From assembly GCA_965243415.1 (NCBI GenBank), contig OZ251549.1, positions 3,899,802 through 3,963,801 of the forward strand: a stretch of 64,000 nucleotides of DNA. Direction: 5' to 3'. The DNA comes from Candidatus Marinacidobacterium sp. Its GTDB lineage: Bacteria; Acidobacteriota; Vicinamibacteria; Marinacidobacterales; Marinacidobacteraceae. Positions within the stretch are counted from its first letter, which is position 1; each line of letters begins with the position of its first letter. The position numbers and the translations under genes are program-made. The notes beneath the pieces were generated by a model. It saw nothing but the letters and a program-made list of their open reading frames with translations. It made no database searches and had not been told where the DNA came from. This document shows positions 56,897 through 64,000 of this stretch, in pieces.

Positions 56897-59602
56897 ATGG
56901 ACCCTGCCACGGTGCGCAAGTTCTTGGTGCGCCACAACCTTCGACCACCGACGACGCCCCTCCTTCCCCCGGAGTTCTCCAACCCCCTCTACCTCCGCCT
57001 GGTCTGTGAGGCAGCACACGCCCAGAGGCTCGATTCCATCCCGGACGGCTGGGCCGGTATCCGAACGGGCATCGCCGAGTGGCTGGAGCACAGGGAGCAG
57101 GAATTCGCGCATTTCTTCAAAACTAAAAGAAAAGCAGCGGCCCTGAGGCGCTGTCTCCGTGCTCTCGCCGAAGAAGAAAACGCGGTTCGGGCAGGCATCC
57201 CGCGTACGCAAGCCGTTGACGCGGTAGCGGGAACCCTCGACGCACTGGGATACGGCGAACCTGGCCGAGTCGTCGACTGGCTGGTCGACACGGACATTCT
57301 GATCGAGGAACGCGATCCGTCATCCGATCCGCTCTCTCCGACCACCCGCCTTCGATTCGGGTTCGCCCGAGTCGGCGACTTCCTGAGGGCCCACCGCCTC
57401 CTCGATGCCGTTTCCGAGTCGCTGCCGGCCGCTGCCGCCCCGGGAGGCCGGCTCCACGACATCTGGCGTACCGACGACGAAGCCGGCCGCAACCGCAATT
57501 TGATCGGGGCACTGTCCGTGATCCTTCCCGAGACACATCGCGGCATCGAAGTCCCCGACCTCGTCTCCGATCCGGCGGCCCGCCGCACCGTCCTCGGCTC
57601 CTGGTGCGACAGCCTGTCATTGCGGGACCCGACTTTCTACACCGAAACCACGGCCCGGCTGGCGCGCGAGGCGCTGGGGATCGAAGAGTACGCCTACCGA
57701 ACGATGGATGCACTGCTGGCCAACTGCTGGCGTTGCTCGTGCCTGGACATCCGCCGAATCTCCCGCCTTCTTCGCAGTCTGCCACTGGCTAAACGCGACG
57801 CGCTCTGGTGCGTCCACCTCCACGAATCCTACGAGCTACACGGTTCCGCCCGCCGCCTCATCGAGGCAGTCTTGGGCACCCCACTTCCGCATCTGAAACC
57901 GGAGGAAACCGAGCGATGGACGGAGGCGCTCCTCTGGTTCACGGCGGCGGCAGACGGGCGCGTCCGCGACCATGCCACCCGAGCGGCGATCCTCCTGCTC
58001 CGTGCCCATCCGGCCTGTTGCGAGCCGGTGCTGGATCGTTTCCTCGACTGCGATGACGACATCGTTCGGGAGCGGACACTGCTGAGCATCTACGGCGCAC
58101 TGCTCGCCCTCAGAGATCCGGCAACGACTGCCTCCGTCGCGTCCACCCTGCGAGAGCGATTCATCGCCGATCCGACCGCCTTCGACAACGCCGCGATTCG
58201 GGATTTGCTTCGGTGCCTGATCGACTTGGCGAATCACCTTCAGAAGGACGGCCGCGCCATCCCTACGGACGGTCTAGACCGAAAGTGCAGCGAGAGTTGG
58301 AACCCCGACATCCCCACGGACGACGAGTGCAAACAGTATCGGATCTGCGACTTCTTTCAGCCGGTGGAGTACCTGAGCGACTTCGTCAGGTACACGCTTC
58401 TCTGCCTGAGCCGATGGGAGAAGCACCTGCTCCGACGGGAGATGGGACGGTGGATGATCCGCTACATCTCGGAGACCCTGGGCTACGAGGACTCGGACTG
58501 CTACCGCTACGACGCCCACATGGCAAAAGAGTACGGACCGGGGCGGAGCAAGCCGGTGTGGGCGGAACGGATCGGCAAGAAATACCAATGGATCGCCCTG
58601 CAGCGACTGGCGTCGCGCCTCCATGACCATGTCGCGCCGGAGAAACCGTGGTGGCGTTCCTCATCTCCGTCATCCCCGCTCATCCTTCCAACCCGGCGGC
58701 TCTTCGATCCGACGATTCGGACCGTGGAACCCCTGCCGGACGGTGATTCCGGATCGAGGATCGCGGCGCCCCGCATCGAAGCCGCCTCGGAAGACAACGA
58801 CTTTGCTTGGCTCAACCGCAGGAACGACCTGCCGGAGGCGCAGGCACTGATCGCCGTGACCGATGCGTCGGGCGCTGACTGGTGGCCCCTGCTCGTCTAC
58901 TGGGAAGGCGAGAAGGCGAATACCGGCAGCCGGCAGAGTTGGATCCATGTCTTTGCCTACATCGTCGAAACCGATGACTTCGGGATGGCTCTTCGGTTTC
59001 TGAACGGGCGAAACTTCTACGGGAAGTGGATGCCGGAGGGACGCGATCTCACCGGATTCGTGGGCGAGTATCCGTGGGGATCCGTGTTCGCCGACGCTCG
59101 GGGAAATCGGAGTCGATACGCCGAGCAAGAGGGACCTGGATGGGACACCGAGAGGAGCCCAGTACCGTTCGAGCCCGCCTGGAATCGGGTCTTCCCCGAC
59201 CACGGGTACGACGCAACGACCTCGGAATCGTCGTCGGTAACCGTCCCGTCTCCGACCCTGTTCGAGGGCGGCGACCTTTCCTGGGATTTCCGCGGCGGTT
59301 ACGCGGGCGCGGACGGCCGGACGGTTTTTCGGGAACCCGCCGGAGCGGATGGCGGCGCCATGCGGTTGGTGGCGGAGCGGACGGATTTCCGGCGCCGTCT
59401 GGCCGAATCCGGCAAGCGGCTGATGTGGACGCTTCTCGGCGAGAAGTTGATCGCCAACCCTCTGCCCCAGGCATGGCGGACTTTCAGTCAAGTGGCGTAC
59501 CTCGACGAAGACGGCGCGCTGCGAGTCGGGGAGCGACTGTTTCTCGACAACGAAAGCGCCACGGCGGCGCCCGGCTTCCGCAATCGCTTCGTCAAAGTGT
59601 AG
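56897..59602 (+). CDS. C-terminal continuation of the STAND protein (helical/HEAT-like region plus unknown C-terminal domain), in a different frame
   Basis: The frame is open from 56717 and the first ATG is at 56897, 5 nt after the upstream stop. It starts with the post-NTPase pattern FSNPLYLRLVCEA typical of NACHT/STAND arms. HEAT-like segment VRDHATRAAILLLRAHP...DDDIVRERTLLSIYGAL. Confidence 0.65.
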   Translation: MDPATVRKFLVRHNLRPPTTPLLPPEFSNPLYLRLVCEAAHAQRLDSIPDGWAGIRTGIAEWLEHREQEFAHFFKTKRKAAALRRCLRALAEEENAVRAGIPRTQAVDAVAGTLDALGYGEPGRVVDWLVDTDILIEERDPSSDPLSPTTRLRFGFARVGDFLRAHRLLDAVSESLPAAAAPGGRLHDIWRTDDEAGRNRNLIGALSVILPETHRGIEVPDLVSDPAARRTVLGSWCDSLSLRDPTFYTETTARLAREALGIEEYAYRTMDALLANCWRCSCLDIRRISRLLRSLPLAKRDALWCVHLHESYELHGSARRLIEAVLGTPLPHLKPEETERWTEALLWFTAAADGRVRDHATRAAILLLRAHPACCEPVLDRFLDCDDDIVRERTLLSIYGALLALRDPATTASVASTLRERFIADPTAFDNAAIRDLLRCLIDLANHLQKDGRAIPTDGLDRKCSESWNPDIPTDDECKQYRICDFFQPVEYLSDFVRYTLLCLSRWEKHLLRREMGRWMIRYISETLGYEDSDCYRYDAHMAKEYGPGRSKPVWAERIGKKYQWIALQRLASRLHDHVAPEKPWWRSSSPSSPLILPTRRLFDPTIRTVEPLPDGDSGSRIAAPRIEAASEDNDFAWLNRRNDLPEAQALIAVTDASGADWWPLLVYWEGEKANTGSRQSWIHVFAYIVETDDFGMALRFLNGRNFYGKWMPEGRDLTGFVGEYPWGSVFADARGNRSRYAEQEGPGWDTERSPVPFEPAWNRVFPDHGYDATTSESSSVTVPSPTLFEGGDLSWDFRGGYAGADGRTVFREPAGADGGAMRLVAERTDFRRRLAESGKRLMWTLLGEKLIANPLPQAWRTFSQVAYLDEDGALRVGERLFLDNESATAAPGFRNRFVKV

Positions 59603-59737
59603 GCCGGAGGCGAAGCGAACGGTCGAGGCGCCCGGACAGGCCGTTCCGAACGAAAGCGGGATCGCTACACTGACTCGCCGCGCCCGAACGGCAGGGGAAT
59701 CGGGCGCCCGCACCCACCGACGAGGAGGGAATAGAAC

Positions 59738-60304
59738 ATGACGAAGACCCGTAACCACCGAGTCCCCGGCGCCCGCGCCGTCCTCGCCTTCGCCCTTCCG
59801 GCGCTGGCGGCGGCCCTCGCCTGCTCGGCTCCACCGGCGGAGACGCCGCCGCCGGAAGAAACCGCGATGCCGGGGCCGGAGGATCGGAACCGTGAAGTCG
59901 TGCTCCGGTACTTCGAAGAAGTCATCAACGGTCGGAACCTCGACCTCCTGGACGAGATCCTGGCCGCGGACTGGATCGCCCACAACCCCGGCGAGCCGAA
60001 CGGGCGGGAGGGCCTGAAGCAGTACTTCGCGGGGATGTTCGAGGCCTTTCCCGAGGTCCACGCCGATGTGAAGCGCGTCGTCGCGGAGGACGACCTGGTG
60101 GTGACGCACTCGCACTACACCGGCGCCGTCGCCGACCGGGGCGACGACTGGGCGCCCGGCTCCGGCGCGACGGTGGATATCTTCCGTCTGGAGGACGGCG
60201 TGATCGTGGAGCACTGGGATGTGAACCAGCGCCCGATCCCGGAGAGTTCGGTGAACGGCAACACCATGTTCGACGGCGGAGCGCTCTACCGCCACCGCGA
60301 ATGA
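59738..60304 (+). CDS. SnoaL-like (NTF2 superfamily, ester-cyclase-like) lipoprotein
   Basis: Lipobox AAALACS. NREVVLRYFEEVINGRNLDLLDEILAADWIAHNP...DIFRLEDGVIVEHWDV. Confidence 0.8.
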   Translation: MTKTRNHRVPGARAVLAFALPALAAALACSAPPAETPPPEETAMPGPEDRNREVVLRYFEEVINGRNLDLLDEILAADWIAHNPGEPNGREGLKQYFAGMFEAFPEVHADVKRVVAEDDLVVTHSHYTGAVADRGDDWAPGSGATVDIFRLEDGVIVEHWDVNQRPIPESSVNGNTMFDGGALYRHRE

Positions 60305-61548
60305 GCGGCCGCCCGGGGCGCCTCCCGGTCGTCGTACGCCGGCGTCGGCCGGGGAGCGCGGCGGTCGGACGCCCGTTCGCCGGACGCCGGCGCCGACCGG
60401 GGGGCGCGGCAGGGAAGCGCCCGGTCGGGGTCGCGGTCTCGATCCGCGCGCAGCCGTCCCGGGAGCCGACCCCGGCCCCGTTCCTCGGCGTCGCCCTCCC
60501 CGTCGCCATCACCATCGCCCTCATCGGCTGCGGCGGAGCGGGCGCCCTGCCGCCGCAACCGTCGGGGCCGGTTCCGCATCCCGCCGAGTGCGACCGGGCG
60601 GCGGGCGACCCGGAGGACGCGGCGCGCGCCTTCCTCGATCTCCTGGCCCCGGCCTCGCGCGCGGCGGCCGGGCTGCCCTTCGGGGAGCCGACCCGCTCCC
60701 GCTGGTCGAACCTGCCGGTCGGGATCCTGGACTACACGCCGAACGGCGCGCGGCTCGGGGATTTGGACGCGGCGCAACGGGAGGCGCTCTACGGCGTCCT
60801 GGCGGCGGCGCTCAGCCGCACCGGCTGCGAAACGGTGCTCGGGGTGGTCGCCGCCGAGGGCGCGCTCTCCGAATCTCCCCGCGCCGCCCGGCTGGGGTGG
60901 AGCGCCGACAACTACTGGCTGGCCTTCTTCGGCGAACCCTCGGACGAGACGCCCTGGGGTCTGCAGTTCGCCGGGCATCACCTGGCGCTGAACCTGAGCC
61001 GCGTCGCCGGGGAGACCTTCCTCTCGCCCACCTTCGTCGGCGTGGAACCGGCAGAACACCGGCGCGGCGGCGCGACCATCGCCCCGCTCCGGGCGCACGC
61101 ACGGGCGGGCCTCACCCTGCTCGGCGCGCTCGACGACGCGGCGCGGGTCGCCGCCCGCCTGCCGGAGCGCCCGCGGGACGCCGTGGCCGGGCCGGGTCGG
61201 GACGGGGTGGTCCCGCCGTTCGCCGGCGCCCCGGTCGCCGGGTGGAGCGACGGGCCGCGCCGGCGGCTGCTGGACACGGTGCACCTCTGGGTCGGCCTGC
61301 TGCCGGAGCAGGATGCCGGGGCGCGGATGGCGGAAGTGCAGGCCGACCTGGACGAGACCTGGTTCGCCTGGCAGGGCGACCCGGCGGGCGAGGAGCCCAT
61401 CTACTACCGGATCCAGGGGCCGCGCCTGCTCGTGGAGTTCTCGACCCAGGGCGACCTCGGCTCCGAACGGGGGCACTTCCACACGATGTACCGCGACCCC
61501 ACGAACGAGTACGGCGCCGCCGCGGTGGCCACCGGGGACGGTCGATGA
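60301..61548 (+). CDS. DUF3500-family protein (start uncertain)
   Basis: WGLQFAGHHLALN, IYYRIQGPRLLVEFSTQ, GHFHTMYRDPTNEYG. ATGA overlap with the upstream gene. An internal lipobox-like TIALIGCGG at about codon 70 suggests a later start or an Arg-rich leader. Confidence 0.8.
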   Translation: MSGRPGRLPVVVRRRRPGSAAVGRPFAGRRRRPGGAAGKRPVGVAVSIRAQPSREPTPAPFLGVALPVAITIALIGCGGAGALPPQPSGPVPHPAECDRAAGDPEDAARAFLDLLAPASRAAAGLPFGEPTRSRWSNLPVGILDYTPNGARLGDLDAAQREALYGVLAAALSRTGCETVLGVVAAEGALSESPRAARLGWSADNYWLAFFGEPSDETPWGLQFAGHHLALNLSRVAGETFLSPTFVGVEPAEHRRGGATIAPLRAHARAGLTLLGALDDAARVAARLPERPRDAVAGPGRDGVVPPFAGAPVAGWSDGPRRRLLDTVHLWVGLLPEQDAGARMAEVQADLDETWFAWQGDPAGEEPIYYRIQGPRLLVEFSTQGDLGSERGHFHTMYRDPTNEYGAAAVATGDGR

Positions 61549-61641
61549 AGCCCGGCCCGGCCCCGGCGACCGGATGGCCGGTGCCGGACGCGCCCGGCCC
61601 TTCGGATCGCCTCCCACTGTGATGGAATTCGGGCCGCTGCC

Positions 61642-61776
61642 ATGACCGAACCGCCCCGCCACCTCTACCAGGGCTGCGCCATGCAGGCCGCCGACAGCGT
61701 CGTCGGCTGCTTCGGCACCATCGTCTGCGTCATCTTCGCCGTCATCGCCTTCCAGTTCTGCTTCCCCAGTTGCTGA
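61642..61776 (+). CDS. Possible 44 aa Cys-rich hydrophobic peptide
   Basis: My translation: MTEPPRHLYQGCAMQAADSVVGCFGTIVCVIFAVIAFQFCFPSC. Below the track cut-off, no homology support. Confidence 0.25.
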   Translation: MTEPPRHLYQGCAMQAADSVVGCFGTIVCVIFAVIAFQFCFPSC

Positions 61777-62127
61777 CCGGGCTCCGTTCCTCACCACAAC
61801 CGGGCCATCCGCCGACCGACGGTATCGCCCGGCCCCGGAACGACTGACCGGTCGCTGTCGGGGCGCGGCGCTCCCGGCGGCGGCCGTCCCCGCCGGCGTC
61901 GTCGCCACGGGCTCCCGGCTCCGCCCCGCCGGCCGGTCCCTTCCCGGCGCGCTATGGTTCCGGGTTCAGGAACGGGGATCGACGAGAACGGAGCAGGCGG
62001 GGAACCGGGCCGGTGAGTCGGCCTTTCCTGCTCCGCGATCCCTGCTCGGCCTGCTCGCCGAGGCCGTCGCCGGCCCTCACCGGCGGCGGCCCGAACCGGG
62101 CGGCATCGCCGCCGCCCCCGGAGGCCC

Positions 62128-62496
62128 TTGGTGAACCGCCTCTCCCTCCCCCTGTCGATCGTCGGCGCCCTCAGCGGCCTCGGCGCGCTGCTCCTCTACC
62201 TCCACGCGATCCCGGGCCGGAGCCGTCTCGGTGGCCCGGAAGTCTCGCGTCTCTACGACCACCTCTCCCTGCACCTCTGGTTCCTGGAGATGATCCTGGT
62301 CATCGCGGCCCTCGTCCTCGCCATCCTCGGCCTGGTCGGCTACCAGGAGATGAAGAACCTCGCCCGCCAGGCCGCGGTCCAGACAGCGAAGGACGAGATC
62401 CGGAACCACCCGCAGACCACGCCACCGGCGTCGAGGGAAGCCGTCACCGGCAATCCCGTGGGCGCCCCGAGCGACGAAAGGAATGTCCCCTCATGA
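62128..62496 (+). CDS. Small 2-TM membrane protein preceding the M78 array
   Basis: LSIVGALSGLGALLLYL and LEMILVIAALVLAILGLVGY. GGAGG lies 6 nt before GTG 62131. The stop overlaps the next ATG (ATGA, 62493-62496). Confidence 0.6.
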   Translation: MVNRLSLPLSIVGALSGLGALLLYLHAIPGRSRLGGPEVSRLYDHLSLHLWFLEMILVIAALVLAILGLVGYQEMKNLARQAAVQTAKDEIRNHPQTTPPASREAVTGNPVGAPSDERNVPS

Positions 62497-63020
62497 CCAT
62501 GACCATCACCGAGTATGTCGGTATCGCCCGGTACCGGCAGTCGGCGCCCGTGAATGTCGTCCGGCTCGCGTACGAGATCGGACTGGCGGTCTATGTCACC
62601 GGCGACTGGCCGGAGACGGTTTCCGGCATGATCCGCAAGGATCGGAAGAAAGGCGGGAAGAGCGGCTACGCCGTCACCGTCAACGACAAACACTGCGAGG
62701 CGCGCCGACGCTTCACCATCGCCCACGAGATCGGTCACTTCGTGCTGCACCCCGATCTCATCGGGGACAGTATCGGCGACGACGGGCTCTATCGCAGCCA
62801 CCTCCCCAACATCCGGGAGGTGGAAGCGAATCGCTTCGCCGCGAACCTCCTGATGCCGACCGAGTTGATCGAGAAGGCCGAAGTCGCCGGCGTGGACACG
62901 ATCCCCGACCTCGCCCGCATCTTCGAGGTGTCCCGCAGCACCATGTCCGCCCGCCTCGGCGTGCCGTTCGAGATCCGGGAGCCGGACGAACCGGCGGACA
63001 GCGCTTCGGAAGCTGCTTAG
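62493..63020 (+). CDS. ImmA/IrrE-family (M78, DUF955) metallopeptidase, copy 1
   Basis: In-frame ATG 62493. HEIGHFVLH zinc motif plus EANRFAANLLMP. Confidence 0.85.
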   Translation: MTMTITEYVGIARYRQSAPVNVVRLAYEIGLAVYVTGDWPETVSGMIRKDRKKGGKSGYAVTVNDKHCEARRRFTIAHEIGHFVLHPDLIGDSIGDDGLYRSHLPNIREVEANRFAANLLMPTELIEKAEVAGVDTIPDLARIFEVSRSTMSARLGVPFEIREPDEPADSASEAA

Positions 63021-63068
63021 CGCCGGCCGCGAAGCACGTAGGATCTGGCGAGGAAGGATGGTCCCGTC

Positions 63069-63617
63069 ATGATGTCCATCACCGAGTATGTCGGTATCGC
63101 CCGGAAGTACCTGCAGTCGGCGCCGGTGAATGTCGTTCGGCTCGCGCACGAGATCGGACTGGCGGTCTATCTGACCGGCGACTGGCCGGAGACGGCGTCC
63201 GGCATGATCCGCAAGAATCGGAAGAAAGGCGGGAAGAGCGGCTACGCCGTCACGGTCAACGACAAACACTGCAAGGCGCGGCAACGCGTCACCATCGCGC
63301 ACGAAATCGGCCACTTCGTGCTGCACCCGGATCTCATCGGGGACCGTATCGGGGACGATTGGCTCTACCGCAGCCACCTCCCCAACATCCGGGAGGTGGA
63401 AGCGAATCGCTTCGCCGCGAACCTCCTGATGCCGACCGAGTTGATCGAGAAGGCCGAAGTCGCCGGCGTGGACACGATCCCCGACCTCGCCCGCATCTTC
63501 GAGGTGTCCCGCAGCACCATGTCCGCGCGCCTCGGCATACCGTTCGAGATCCGGGAGCCGGACGCACCGGCGGACCACTCCCCGGAAGCGGTTCACCGCC
63601 GACCGCGAAGCACGTAG
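63069..63617 (+). CDS. ImmA/IrrE-family metallopeptidase, copy 2
   Basis: Highly similar to copy 1 (same HEIGHFVLH and EANRFAANLLMP). The conserved spacer gcgaagcacgtaggatctggcgagga precedes copies 2 and 3. Confidence 0.85.
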   Translation: MMSITEYVGIARKYLQSAPVNVVRLAHEIGLAVYLTGDWPETASGMIRKNRKKGGKSGYAVTVNDKHCKARQRVTIAHEIGHFVLHPDLIGDRIGDDWLYRSHLPNIREVEANRFAANLLMPTELIEKAEVAGVDTIPDLARIFEVSRSTMSARLGIPFEIREPDAPADHSPEAVHRRPRST

Positions 63618-63644
63618 GATCTGGCGAGGAAAGATAGTCCCGTC

Positions 63645-64000
63645 ATGATGTCCATCACCGAGTATGTCGGCATCGCCCGGAAGCACCTGCAGTCGGCGCC
63701 GGTGAATGTCGTTCGCCTCACGTATGACCTCGGGATGGTCCTCTACGAGACCGGTGACTGGCCCGAGACGGCGTCCGGCATGATCCAGAAGGATCGGAAG
63801 GGAGGAGGGAAGAGCGGCTATGCCATCATCGTCAACGACAAACACTGCGAGGCGCGACGACGCTTCACCATCGCCCACGAAATCGGCCACTTCGTGCTGC
63901 ACCCTGATCTCATCGGGGACAGCATCGGTGATGACTGGCTCTACCGCAGCCGCCTCCCCAGCATCCGGGAAGCGGAAGCGAATCGTTTCGCCGTGAACCT
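63645..64000 (+). CDS. ImmA/IrrE-family metallopeptidase, copy 3 (partial, runs off the window)
   Basis: ATG 63645. MMSITEYVGIARKHLQSAPVNVVRL...HEIGHFVLHPDLIGDSIGDDW...EANRFAVN. No stop before the window end. Confidence 0.8.
   Translation, partial: MMSITEYVGIARKHLQSAPVNVVRLTYDLGMVLYETGDWPETASGMIQKDRKGGGKSGYAIIVNDKHCEARRRFTIAHEIGHFVLHPDLIGDSIGDDWLYRSRLPSIREAEANRFAVN

Noticed and set aside
62013-62492. N-terminal extension of the first M78 gene (track ORF 62013..63020)
   Set aside because: It overlaps the 2-TM protein ORF in another frame. Copies 2 and 3 start at the homologous Met, and the ATGA coupling at 62493 supports the short form.

Overview
Very GC-rich bacterial chromosomal segment (GC judged by eye, not computed). 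I recognised no rRNA, tRNA, CRISPR array, integrase or transposase. Many of the long ORFs in the six-frame track are antisense or off-frame shadows typical of high-GC DNA. Housekeeping blocks: phoH / 7TM-HD (pgpH-like) / ybeY / DUF21-CBS (corC/tlyC-like) / era on the minus strand (15.0-22.7 kb); a tonB-like gene; a gamma-CA-like gene plus aspS (24.4-26.7 kb); dcd, ndk, sucD, sucC, mdh, icd on the minus strand (38.8-44.4 kb). Between these blocks lie accessory, defence-type islands. (i) 0-10.1 kb: tandem hicA plus triple-domain hicB modules that run by start/stop overlap into a type I R-M operon (hsdS, DUF3644-like, hsdR, ygjP-like; no hsdM in the window). A 1.3 kb stop-free satellite of about 60 x 19 bp units follows. 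(ii) 26.8-38.7 kb, between aspS and dcd: two paralogous unknown proteins, an orphan RHH antitoxin, a dut/dcd-family gene, vapBC, an AAA+/DUF4143 ATPase, and a translationally coupled DUF4338(DruA-like)-NurA-HerA operon followed by a 21-nt homopolymer and a UDG-superfamily-like gene. This operon is my top candidate for an undescribed system. (iii) 52.7-59.6 kb: an OLD/PARIS-like ABC-ATPase-TOPRIM gene with a tandemly duplicated 3' fragment, divergent from an Mrr-nuclease-STAND (Avs-like) gene that is split by a frame change. (iv) 62.1-64.0 kb: a small membrane protein followed by at least 3 tandem ImmA/IrrE (M78) peptidase paralogues that run off the window. A recurring theme is local tandem duplication of genes and gene fragments, together with large non-coding tandem-repeat tracts (44.4-46.3 kb and 50.3-52.7 kb).
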